Assembly (NCBI GenBank): GCA_964016885.1
Contig: OZ024743.1
Span: forward strand, 138,632,001 to 138,696,000
Length of the DNA: 64,000 bases
Direction of reading: 5' to 3'
Source of the DNA: Eledone cirrhosa
Lineage: Eukaryota
The notes beneath the pieces are model-generated. The model did not search any database and was not told where the DNA came from. It saw only the letters and a program-made list of their open reading frames with translations. This document shows positions 1 through 12,000 of the stretch, one piece after another; position 1 is the stretch's first letter; each line of letters opens with the position of its first letter. The translations under genes and the position numbers were made by a program.

Positions 1-3000
1 GGTGCTTGGTGTTTGGTGCTTGGTGCTTGGTGTTTGGTGCTTGGTGCTTGGTGTTTGGTGCTTGGTGTTTGGTGCTTGGTGTTTGGTGCTTGGTGCTTGG
101 TGCTTGGTGCTTGGTGCTTGGTGTTTGGTGGTTGGTGCTTGGTGCTTGGTGTTAGGTGTTTGGTGCTTGGTGCTTGTTGTTTGGTGTTTGGTGCTTGGTG
201 TTTGGTGTTTGGTGCTTGGTGTTTGGTGCTTGGTACTTGGTGCTTGGTGCTTGGTGTTAGGTGTTTGGTGCTTGGTGTTTGGTGTTTGGTGCTTGCTGCT
301 GGCTGCTTGGTGTTTTGTGCTTGGTGATTGGTGCTTGGTGTTTGGTGCTTGGTGTTTGGTGTTTGGTGCTAGGTGCTTGGTGTTTGGTGCTTGGTGCTTG
401 GTGTTTGGTGCTTGGTGCTTGGTGTTTGGTGCTTGGTGTTTGGTGCTTGGTGTTAGGTGTGTGGTGCTTGGTGCTTGGTGTTTGGTGTTTGGTGCTTGGT
501 GTTTGGTGTTTGGTGTTATATGCTTGGTGTTTGATGCTTGGTGCTTGGTGCTTGGTGTTTGGTGCTTGGTGTTTTATGCTTGGTGCTTGGTGCTTGGTGT
601 TTGGTGCTTGGTGCTTGGTGTTTGGTGTTTGGTGCTTGGTGTTTGGTGTTTGGTGTTATATGCTTGGTGTTTGATGCTTGGTGCTTGGTGCTTGGTGTTT
701 GGTGTTTGGTGCTTGGTGTTTGATGCTTGGTGCTTGGTGCTTGGTGTTTGGTGCTTGGTGCTTGGTGCTTGGTGTTTGGTGCTTGGTGTTTGGTGCTTGG
801 TGTTTGGTGCTTGGTGCTTGGAGCTTGGTGTTTGGTGGTTGGTGCTTGGTGCTTGGTGTTAGGTGTTTGGTGCTTGGTGCTTGGTGTTTGGTGTTTGGTG
901 TTTGGTGTTTGGTGTTTGGTGTTTGGTGTTTGGTGCTTGGTACTTGGTGCTTGGTGCTTGGTGTTAGGTGTTTGGTGCTTGGTGTTTGGTGTCTGGTTTT
1001 TGGTGCTTGGTGCTTGGTGTTTGGTGCTTGCTGCTGGCTGCTTGGTGTTTGGTGCTTGGTGATTGGTTCTTGGTGTTTGGTGCTTGGTGTTTGGTGTTTG
1101 GTGCTAGGTGCTTGGTGTTTGGTGCTTGGTGCTTGGTGTTTGTACTTGGTGCTTGGTGCTTGGTTCTTGGTGTTTGGTGCTTGGTGCTTGGTGTTTGGTT
1201 CTTGGTGCTTGGTGTTTGGTGCTTGGTGTTTGGTGCTTGGTGTTTGGTGCTTGGTGCTTGGTGCTTGGTGTTTGGTGCTTGGTGTTTGGTGCTTGGTGTT
1301 AGGTGTTTGGTGCTTGGTGCTTGGTGTTAGGTGTTTGGTGCTTGGTATTTGGTGCTTGGTGTTTGGTGCTTGGTGCTTGGTGCTTGGTGCTTGGTGTTTG
1401 GTGGTTGGTGTTTGGTGCTTGGTGTTAGGTGTTTGGTGCTTTGTGCTTGGTGTTTGGTGTTTGGTGCTTGGTGTTTGGTGTTTGGTGCTTGGTGTTTGGT
1501 GCTTTTTGCTTGGTGCTTGGTTCTTGGTGTTTGGTGCTGGGTGCTTGGTGTTTGGTGTTTGGTGTTATATGCTTGGTGTTTGATGCTTGGTGCTTGGTGC
1601 TTGGTGTTTGGTGTTTGGTGCTTGGTGTTTGATGCTTGGTGCTTGGTGCTTGGTGTTTGGTGCTTGGTGCTTGGTGCTTGGTGTTTGGTGCTTGGTGTTT
1701 GGTGCTTGGTATTTGGTGCTTGGTGCTTGGTGCTTGGTGTTTGGTGGTTGGTGCTTGGTGCTTGGTGTTAGGTGTTTGGTGCTTGGTGCTCGGTGTTTGG
1801 TGCTTGGTGTTTGGTGTTTGGTGTTTGGTGTTTGGTGCTTGGTACTTGGTGCTTGGTGCTTGGTGTTAGGTGTTTGGTGCTTGGTGTTTGGTGTCTGGTT
1901 TTTGGTGCTTGGTGCTTGGTGTTTGGTGCTTGTTGCTTGGTGTTTGGTGCTTGTTGATTGGTGCTTGGTGTTTGGTGCTAGGTGCTTGGTGTTTGGTGCT
2001 TGGTGCTTGGTGTTTGTACTTGGTGCTTGGTGCTTGGTTCTTGGTGTTTGGGGCTTGGTGCTTGGTGTTTGGTGCTTGGTGCTTGGTGTTTGGTGCTTGG
2101 TGTTTGGTGCTTGGTGTTTGGTGCTTGGTGCTTGGTGCTTGGTGTTTGGTGCTTGGTGTTTGGTGCTTGGTGTTAGGTGTTTGGTGCTTGGTGCTTGGTG
2201 TTAGGTGTTTGGTGCTTGGTGTTTGGTGCTTGGTGTTTGGTGCTTGGTGCTTGGTGCTTGGTGCTTGGTGTTTGGTGGTTGGTGTTTGGTGCTTGGTGTT
2301 AGGTGTTTGGTGCTTGGTGCTTGGTGTTTGGTGTTTGGTGCTTGGTGTTTGGTGTTTGGTGCTTGGTGTTTGGTGCTTTTTGCTTGGTGCTTGGTGCTTG
2401 GTGTTTGGTGCTTGGTGCTTGGTGTTTGGTGCTGGGTGCTTGGTGTTTGGTGTTTGGTGTTATATGCTTGGTGTTTGATGCTTGGTGCTTGGTGCTTGGT
2501 GTTTGGTGTTTGGTGCTTGGTGTTTGATGCTTGGTGCTTGGTGCTTGGTGTTTGGTGCTTGGTGCTTGGTGTTTGGTGCTTGGTGCTTGGTGTTTGGTGC
2601 TTGGTGTTTGGTGCTTGGTGTTTGGTGCTTGGTGCTTGGTGCTTGGTGCTTGGTGCTTGGTGTTTGGTGGTTGGTGCTTGGTGCTTGGTGTTAGGTGTTT
2701 GGTGCTTGGTGCTTGGTGTTTGGTGTTTGGTGCTTGGTGTTTGGTGTTTGGTGCTTGGTGTTTGGTGCTTGGTACTTGCTGCTTGGTGCTTGGTGTTAGG
2801 TGTTTGGTGCTTGGTGTTTGGTGTCTGGTTTTTGGTGCTTGGTGCTTGGTGCTTAGTGTTTGGTGCTTGGTGCTTAGTGTTTGGTGCTAGGTGCTTGGTG
2901 TTTGGTGCTTGGTGCTTGGTGTTTGGTGCCTGGTGCTTGGTGTTTGGTGTTTGGTGTTTGGTGCTTGGTGCTTGGTGTTTGGTGTTTGCTGTTTGCTGTT

Positions 3001-6000
3001 TGTTGTTTGGTGTTTGCTGTTTGGTGTTTGGTGTTTGCTTTTTGGTGCTTGGTGTTTGATGCTTGGTGCTTGGTGCTTGGTGTTTGGTGCTTGGTGCTTG
3101 GTGTTTGGTGTTTGGTGCTTGGTGCTTGGTGTTTGGTGCTTGCTGCTGGCTGCTTGGTGTTTGGTGCTTGGTGATTGGTGCTTGGTGTTTGGTGCTTGGT
3201 GTTTGGTGTTTGGTGCTAGGTGCTTGGTGTTTGGTGCTTGGTGCTTGGTGTTTGTACTTGGTGCTTGGTGCTTGGTTCTTGGTGTTTGGTGCTTGGTGCT
3301 TGGTGTTTGGTGCTTGGTGCTTGGTGTTTGGTGCTTGGTGTTTGGTGCTTGGTGTTTGGTGTTTGGTGCTTGGTGCTTGGTGTTTGGTGCTTGGTGTTTG
3401 GTGCTTGGTGTTAGGTGTTTGGTGCTTGGTACTTGGTGTTTGGTGTTTGGTGCTTGGCGTTTGGTGTTTGGTGTTATATGCTTGGTGTTTGATGCTTGGT
3501 GCTTGGTGCTTGGTGTTTGGTGCTTGGTGTTTGATGCTTGGTGCTTGGTGCTTGGTGTTTGGTGCTTGGTGCTTGGTGTTTGTACTTGGTGCTTGGTTCT
3601 TGGTGTTTGGTGCTTGGTGCTTGGTGTTTGGTGTTTGGTGCTTGGTGTTTGGTGCTTGGTGTTTGGTTCTTGGTGTTTGGTGCTTGGTGCTTGGTGTTTG
3701 GTGTTTGGTGCTTGGTGTTTGGTGCTTGGTGTTTGGTGTTTGGTGCTTGGTGTTTGGTGCTTGGTGTTTGGTGCTTGGTGTTTGGTGCTTGGTACTTGGT
3801 GCTTGGTGCTTGGTGTTAGGTGTTTGGTGCTTGGTGCTTGGTGTTTGGTTTTTGGTGCTTGGTGCTTGGTGTTTGGTGTTTGGGGCTTGCTGCTGGCTGC
3901 TTGGTGTTTGATACTTGGTGATTGGTGCTTGGTGTTTTGTGCTTGGTGTTTCGTGCTTGGTGTTTGGTGCTTGGTGCTTGGTGTTTGGTGCCTGGTGCTT
4001 GGTGCTTGGTGTTTGGTGTTTGGTGTTAGGTGCTTGATGCTTGGTGTTTGGTGCTTGGTGCTGGGTGGTTGGTGTTTAGTGCTTGGTGTTTGGTGCTGGG
4101 TGCTTGGTGTTTGGTGCTTGGTGCTTGGTCTTTGGTGCTTGGTGTTTGGTGTTTGGTGCTTGGTGCTTGGTGCTTGGTGTTTGGTGCTTGGTGCTTGGTG
4201 TTTGGTGCTTGGTGCTTAGTGTTTGGTGCTTGGTGCTTAGTGTTTGGTGCTAGGTGCTTGGTGTTTGGTGCTTGGTGCTTGGTGTTTGGTGTTTGCTGTT
4301 TGCTGTTTGTTGTTTGGTGTTTGCTGTTTGGTGTTTGGTGTTTGCTTTTTGGTGTTTGGTGTTTGCTGTATGTTGTATGCTGTTTGGTGTTTGGTGTTTG
4401 GTGTTTCGTGCTTGGTGTTTGGTGCTTGGTGCTTGGTGTTTGGTGCCTGGTGCTTGGTGCTTGGTGCTTGGTGTTTGGTGTTTGGTGCTTGGTGCTTGGA
4501 GTTTGGTGTTTGGTGCTTGGTGCTTGGTGTTTCGTGTTTCGGGTTTGGTTTTTGGTGCTTGGTGCTTGGTGCTTGGTCCTAGGTGTTTGGTGTTTGCTGC
4601 TTGGTGTTTGATGCTTGGTGCTTGGTGCTTGGTGTTTTGTGTTTGGTGCTTGGTGCTTGGTGTTTGGTGCTTGGTGCTTGGTGCTTGGTGTTTGTACTTG
4701 GTGCTTGGTGTTTGGTTCTTGGTTCTTGGTGTTTGGTGTTTGGCGTTTGCTGTTTGGTGCTTGGTGCTTGGTGTTTGGTGCTTGGTGCTTGGTGTTTGGT
4801 GCCTGGTGCTTGGTGCTTGGTGTTTGGTGTTTGGTGCTTGGTGCTTGGTGCTTGGAGTTTGGTGTTTGGTGCTTGGTGCTTTGTGTTTTGTGTTTGGTGT
4901 TTGGTTTTTGGTGCTTGTTGCTTGGTCCTTGGTGTTTGGTGCTGGGTGCTTTTTTGTGTTTGGTGCTTGGTGCTTGGTGTTTGGTGTTTGCTGCTTGGTG
5001 TTTGATGCTTGGTGCTTGGTGCTTGGTGTTTTGTGTTTGGTGCTTGGTTCTTGGTGTATGGTGCTTGGTGCTTGGTACTTGGTGTTTGTACTTGGTGCTT
5101 GGTGCTTGGTGTTTGGTTCTTGGTTCTTGGTGTTTGGTACTTGGTGCTTCGTGCTTGATGTTTGGTGTTTGGTGCTTGGTGTTTGGTGCTTGGTGCTTGG
5201 TGCTTGGTGTTAGGTGTTTGGTGCTTGGTCTTTGGTGTTTGGTGCTTGGTGTTTGGTGTTTGCTATTTGGTGTTTGGTGTTTGGTGTTTGGTGTTTGCTG
5301 TTTGGTGTCTGCTTTTTGGTGTTCAGTGTTTGCTGTATGGTGTTTGGTGTTTGCTGTTTGGTGTTTGGTCTTTGGTGCTTGGTGTTTGGTGCTTGGTGCT
5401 TGGTGTTTGGTGTTTGGTGCTTGGTGCTTGGTGTTTGGTGTTTGGTGCTTGGTGTTTGGTGTTTGGTGCTTGGTGTCTGGTGCTTGGTGTTTGGTTTTTG
5501 GTGCTTGGTGTTTGGTGTTTGGTGTTTGGTGTTTGGTGCTTGGTGCTTGGTGTTTGGTGTTTGGTGCTTGGTGTCTGGTGCTTGGTGCTTGGTGCTTGGT
5601 GCTTGGTGTTTGGTGTTTGGTGCTTGGTGTTTGGTGCTTGGTGCTGGGTGGTTGGTGTTTGGTGCTTGGTGTTTGGTGCTGGGTGCTTGGTGTTTGGTGC
5701 TGGGTGCTTGGTGTTTGGTGCTTGGTGCTTGGTCTTTGGTGCTTGGTGTTTGGTGCTTGGTGCTTGGTGCTTGGTGTTTGGTGCTTGGTGCTTGGTGTTT
5801 GGTGCTTGGTGCTTGGTGTTTGGTTTTTGGTGCTTGGTGCTTGGTGTTTGGTGTTTGGTGCTTGCTGCTGGCTGCTTGGTGTTTGATGCATGGTGATTGG
5901 TGCTTGGTGTTTGGTGCTTGGTGTTTGGTGTTTGATGCTTGGTGCTTGGTGCTTGGTGTTTGGTGCTTGGTGCTTGGTGTTTGGTGCTTGGTGCTTGGTG

Positions 6001-9000
6001 TTTGGTGCTTGGTGTTTGGTGCTTGGTGTTTGGTGCTTGGTGCTTGGTGCTTGGTGCTTGGTGTTTGGTGGTTGGTGCTTGGTGCTTGGTGTTAGGTGTT
6101 TGGTGCTTGGTGCTTGGTGTTTGGTGTTTGGTGCTTGGTGTTTGGTGTTTGGTGCTTGGTGTTTGGTGCTTCGTACTTGGTGCTTGGTGCTTGGTGTTAG
6201 GTGTTTGGTGCTTGGTGTCTGGTTTTTGGTGCTTGGTGCTTGGTGATTGGTGTTTGGTGCTTGCTGCTGGCTGCTTGGTGTTTGGTGCTTGGTGATTGGT
6301 GCTTGGTGTTTGGTGCTTGGTGATTGGTGTTTGTACTTGGTGCTTGGTGCTTGGTTCTTGGTGTTTGGTGCTTGGTGCTTGGTGTTTGGTGTTATATGCT
6401 TGGTGTTTGATGCTTGGTGCTTGGTGCTTGGTGTTTGGTGTTTGGTGTTTGATGCTTGGTGCTTGGTGTTTGGTGCTTGGTGCTTGGTGTTTGTACTTGG
6501 TGCTTGGTGCTTGGTGCTTGGTGTTTGGTGCTTGGTGCTTGGTGCTTGGTCCTTGGTGCTTGGTGTTTGGTGGTTGGTGTTTGGTGCTTGGTGTTAGGTG
6601 TTTGGTGCTTGGTGCTTGGTGTTTGGTGTTTGGTGCTTGGTGTTTGGTGTTTGGTGCTTGGTATTTGGTGCTTGGTACTTGGTGCTTGGTGCTTGCTGCT
6701 GGCTGCTTGGTGTTTGATGCATGGTGATTGGTGCTTGGTGTTTGGTGCTTGGTGTTTGGTGCTTGGTGCTTGGTGCTTGGTGCTTGGTGTTTGGTGCTTG
6801 GTGTTTGGTGCTTGGTGTTAGGTGTTTGGTGCTTGGTGCTTGGTGTTTGGTGTTTGGTGCTTGGTGTTTGGTGTTTGGTGCTTGGTGTTTGGTGCTTTTT
6901 GCTTGGTGCTTGGTGCTTGGTGTTTGGTGCTGGGTGCTTGGTGCTTGGTGTTTGGTGCTGGGTGCTTGGTGTTTGGTGTTTGGTGTTATATGCTTGGTGT
7001 TTGATGCTTGGTGCTTGGTGCTTGGTGTTTGGTGTTTGGTGCTTGGTGTTTGATGCTTGGTGCTTGGTGCTTGGTGTTTGGTGCTTGGTGCTTGGTGTTT
7101 GGTGCTTGGTGCTTGGTGTTTGGTGCTTGGTGTTTGGTGCTTGGTGTTTGGTGCTTGGTGCTTGGTGCTTGGTGCTTGGTGCTTGGTGTTTGGTGGTTGG
7201 TGCTTGGTGCTTGGTGTTAGGTGTTTGGTGCTTGGTGCTTGGTGTTTGGTGTTTGGTGCTTGGTGTTTGGTGTTTGGTGCTTGGTGTTTGGTGCTTGGTA
7301 CTTGGTGCTTGGTGCTTGGTGTTAGGTGTTTGGTGCTTGGTGTTTGGTGTTTGGTGCTTGCTGCTGGCTGCTTGGTGTTTTGTGCTTGGTGATTGGTGCT
7401 TGGTGTTTGGTGCTTGGTGTTTGGTGTTTGGTGCTAGGTGCTTGGTGTTTGGTGCTTGGTGCTTGGTGTTTGGTGCTTGGTGCTTGGTGTTTGGTGCTTG
7501 GTGTTTGGTGCTTGGTGTTAGGTGTGTGGTGCTTGGTGCTTGGTGTTTGGTGTTTGGTGCTTGGTGTTTGGTGTTTGGTGTTATATGCTTGGTGTTTGAT
7601 GCTTGGTGCTTGGTGCTTGGTGTTTGGTGCTTGGTGTTTTATGCTTGGTGCTTGGTGCTTGGTGTTTGGTGCTTGGTGCTTGGTGTTTGGTGTTTGGTGC
7701 TTGGTGTTTGGTGTTTGGTGTTATATGCTTGGTGTTTGATGCTTGGTGCTTGGTGCTTGGTGTTTGGTGTTTGGTGCTTGGTGTTTGATGCTTGGTGCTT
7801 GGTGCTTGGTGTTTGGTGCTTGGTGCTTGGTGCTTGGTGTTTGGTGCTTGGTGTTTGGTGCTTGGTGTTTGGTGCTTGGTGCTTGGAGCTTGGTGTTTGG
7901 TGGTTGGTGCTTGGTGCTTGGTGTTAGGTGTTTGGTGCTTGGTGCTTGGTGTTTGGTGTTTGGTGTTTGGTGTTTGGTGTTTGGTGTTTGGTGTTTGGTG
8001 CTTGGTACTTGGTGCTTGGTGCTTGGTGTTAGGTGTTTGGTGCTTGGTGTTTGGTGTCTGGTTTTTGGTGCTTGGTGCTTGGTGTTTGGTGCTTGCTGCT
8101 GGCTGCTTGGTGTTTGGTGCTTGGTGATTGGTTCTTGGTGTTTGGTGCTTGGTGTTTGGTGTTTGGTGCTAGGTGCTTGGTGTTTGGTGCTTGGTGCTTG
8201 GTGTTTGTACTTGGTGCTTGGTGCTTGGTTCTTGGTGTTTGGTGCTTGGTGCTTGGTGTTTGGTTCTTGGTGCTTGGTGTTTGGTGCTTGGTGTTTGGTG
8301 CTTGGTGTTTGGTGCTTGGTGCTTGGTGCTTGGTGTTTGGTGCTTGGTGTTTGGTGCTTGGTGTTAGGTGTTTGGTGCTTGGTGCTTGGTGTTAGGTGTT
8401 TGGTGCTTGGTATTTGGTGCTTGGTGTTTGGTGCTTGGTGCTTGGTGCTTGGTGCTTGGTGTTTGGTGGTTGGTGTTTGGTGCTTGGTGTTAGGTGTTTG
8501 GTGCTTTGTGCTTGGTGTTTGGTGTTTGGTGCTTGGTGTTTGGTGTTTGGTGCTTGGTGTTTGGTGCTTTTTGCTTGGTGCTTGGTTCTTGGTGTTTGGT
8601 GCTGGGTGCTTGGTGTTTGGTGTTTGGTGTTATATGCTTGGTGTTTGATGCTTGGTGCTTGGTGCTTGGTGTTTGGTGTTTGGTGCTTGGTGTTTGATGC
8701 TTGGTGCTTGGTGCTTGGTGTTTGGTGCTTGGTGCTTGGTGCTTGGTGTTTGGTGCTTGGTGTTTGGTGCTTGGTATTTGGTGCTTGGTGCTTGGTGCTT
8801 GGTGTTTGGTGGTTGGTGCTTGGTGCTTGGTGTTAGGTGTTTGGTGCTTGGTGCTCGGTGTTTGGTGCTTGGTGTTTGGTGTTTGGTGTTTGGTGTTTGG
8901 TGCTTGGTACTTGGTGCTTGGTGCTTGGTGTTAGGTGTTTGGTGCTTGGTGTTTGGTGTCTGGTTTTTGGTGCTTGGTGCTTGGTGTTTGGTGCTTGTTG

Positions 9001-12000
9001 CTTGGTGTTTGGTGCTTGTTGATTGGTGCTTGGTGTTTGGTGCTAGGTGCTTGGTGTTTGGTGCTTGGTGCTTGGTGTTTGTACTTGGTGCTTGGTGCTT
9101 GGTTCTTGGTGTTTGGGGCTTGGTGCTTGGTGTTTGGTGCTTGGTGCTTGGTGTTTGGTGCTTGGTGTTTGGTGCTTGGTGTTTGGTGCTTGGTGCTTGG
9201 TGCTTGGTGTTTGGTGCTTGGTGTTTGGTGCTTGGTGTTAGGTGTTTGGTGCTTGGTGCTTGGTGTTAGGTGTTTGGTGCTTGGTGTTTGGTGCTTGGTG
9301 TTTGGTGCTTGGTGCTTGGTGCTTGGTGCTTGGTGTTTGGTGGTTGGTGTTTGGTGCTTGGTGTTAGGTGTTTGGTGCTTGGTGCTTGGTGTTTGGTGTT
9401 TGGTGCTTGGTGTTTGGTGTTTGGTGCTTGGTGTTTGGTGCTTTTTGCTTGGTGCTTGGTGCTTGGTGTTTGGTGCTTGGTGCTTGGTGTTTGGTGCTGG
9501 GTGCTTGGTGTTTGGTGTTTGGTGTTATATGCTTGGTGTTTGATGCTTGGTGCTTGGTGCTTGGTGTTTGGTGTTTGGTGCTTGGTGTTTGATGCTTGGT
9601 GCTTGGTGCTTGGTGTTTGGTGCTTGGTGCTTGGTGTTTGGTGCTTGGTGCTTGGTGTTTGGTGCTTGGTGTTTGGTGCTTGGTGTTTGGTGCTTGGTGC
9701 TTGGTGCTTGGTGCTTGGTGCTTGGTGTTTGGTGGTTGGTGCTTGGTGCTTGGTGTTAGGTGTTTGGTGCTTGGTGCTTGGTGTTTGGTGTTTGGTGCTT
9801 GGTGTTTGGTGTTTGGTGCTTGGTGTTTGGTGCTTGGTACTTGCTGCTTGGTGCTTGGTGTTAGGTGTTTGGTGCTTGGTGTTTGGTGTCTGGTATTTGG
9901 TGCTTGGTGCTTGGTGCTTAGTGTTTGGTGCTTGGTGCTTAGTGTTTGGTGCTAGGTGCTTGGTGTTTGGTGCTTGGTGCTTGGTGTTTGGTGCCTGGTG
10001 CTTGGTGTTTGGTGTTTGGTGTTTGGTGCTTGGTGCTTGGTGTTTGGTGTTTGCTGTTTGCTGTTTGTTGTTTGGTGTTTGCTGTTTGGTGTTTGGTGTT
10101 TGCTTTTTGGTGCTTGGTGTTTGATGCTTGGTGCTTGGTGCTTGGTGTTTGGTGCTTGGTGCTTGGTGTTTGGTGTTTGGTGCTTGGTGCTTGGTGTTTG
10201 GTGCTTGCTGCTGGCTGCTTGGTGTTTGGTGCTTGGTGATTGGTGCTTGGTGTTTGGTGCTTGGTGTTTGGTGTTTGGTGCTAGGTGCTTGGTGTTTGGT
10301 GCTTGGTGCTTGGTGTTTGTACTTGGTGCTTGGTGCTTGGTTCTTGGTGTTTGGTGCTTGGTGCTTGGTGTTTGGTGCTTGGTGCTTGGTGTTTGGTGCT
10401 TGGTGTTTGGTGCTTGGTGTTTGGTGTTTGGTGCTTGGTGCTTGGTGTTTGGTGCTTGGTGTTTGGTGCTTGGTGTTAGGTGTTTGGTGCTTGGTACTTG
10501 GTGTTTGGTGTTTGGTGCTTGGCGTTTGGTGTTTGGTGTTATATGCTTGGTGTTTGATGCTTGGTGCTTGGTGCTTGGTGTTTGGTGCTTGGTGTTTGAT
10601 GCTTGGTGCTTGGTGCTTGGTGTTTGGTGCTTGGTGCTTGGTGTTTGTACTTGGTGCTTGGTTCTTGGTGTTTGGTGCTTGGTGCTTGGTGTTTGGTGTT
10701 TGGTGCTTGGTGTTTGGTGCTTGGTGTTTGGTTCTTGGTGTTTGGTGCTTGGTGCTTGGTGTTTGGTGTTTGGTGCTTGGTGTTTGGTGCTTGGTGTTTG
10801 GTGTTTGGTGCTTGGTGTTTGGTGCTTGGTGTTTGGTGCTTGGTGTTTGGTGCTTGGTACTTGGTGCTTGGTGCTTGGTGTTAGGTGTTTGGTGCTTGGT
10901 GCTTGGTGTTTGGTTTTTGGTGCTTGGTGCTTGGTGTTTGGTGTTTGGGGCTTGCTGCTGGCTGCTTGGTGTTTGATACTTGGTGATTGGTGCTTGGTGT
11001 TTTGTGCTTGGTGTTTCGTGCTTGGTGTTTGGTGCTTGGTGCTTGGTGTTTGGTGCCTGGTGCTTGGTGCTTGGTGTTTGGTGTTTGGTGTTAGGTGCTT
11101 GATGCTTGGTGTTTGGTGCTTGGTGCTGGGTGGTTGGTGTTTAGTGCTTGGTGTTTGGTGCTGGGTGCTTGGTGTTTGGTGCTTGGTGCTTGGTCTTTGG
11201 TGCTTGGTGTTTGGTGTTTGGTGCTTGGTGCTTGGTGCTTGGTGTTTGGTGCTTGGTGCTTGGTGTTTGGTGCTTGGTGCTTAGTGTTTGGTGCTTGGTG
11301 CTTAGTGTTTGGTGCTAGGTGCTTGGTGTTTGGTGCTTGGTGCTTGGTGTTTGGTGTTTGCTGTTTGCTGTTTGTTGTTTGGTGTTTGCTGTTTGGTGTT
11401 TGGTGTTTGCTTTTTGGTGTTTGGTGTTTGCTGTATGTTGTATGCTGTTTGGTGTTTGGTGTTTGGTGTTTCGTGCTTGGTGTTTGGTGCTTGGTGCTTG
11501 GTGTTTGGTGCCTGGTGCTTGGTGCTTGGTGCTTGGTGTTTGGTGTTTGGTGCTTGGTGCTTGGAGTTTGGTGTTTGGTGCTTGGTGCTTGGTGTTTCGT
11601 GTTTCGGGTTTGGTTTTTGGTGCTTGGTGCTTGGTGCTTGGTCCTAGGTGTTTGGTGTTTGCTGCTTGGTGTTTGATGCTTGGTGCTTGGTGCTTGGTGT
11701 TTTGTGTTTGGTGCTTGGTGCTTGGTGTTTGGTGCTTGGTGCTTGGTGCTTGGTGTTTGTACTTGGTGCTTGGTGTTTGGTTCTTGGTTCTTGGTGTTTG
11801 GTGTTTGGCGTTTGCTGTTTGGTGCTTGGTGCTTGGTGTTTGGTGCTTGGTGCTTGGTGTTTGGTGCCTGGTGCTTGGTGCTTGGTGTTTGGTGTTTGGT
11901 GCTTGGTGCTTGGTGCTTGGAGTTTGGTGTTTGGTGCTTGGTGCTTTGTGTTTTGTGTTTGGTGTTTGGTTTTTGGTGCTTGTTGCTTGGTCCTTGGTGT

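Noticed and set aside
148-161. Insect telomeric TTAGG motifs
   Set aside because: They are always isolated, never tandem, and are explained by a single T>A change at the last base of a GGTGTTT monomer.
5640-5655. Chi-like GCTGGGTGG
   Set aside because: It is not GCTGGTGG. It arises from adjacent GGTGCTG and GGTGGTT variants, and there is no evidence of a bacterial context.
5885-5891. Hairpins, terminal inverted repeats or terminators at small palindromes (ATGCAT, GTAC, CCTAGG) and T-runs
   Set aside because: The palindromes are only 4-6 bp and come from point variants. The G/T-only strand cannot form Watson-Crick stems, and no inverted segment was seen.
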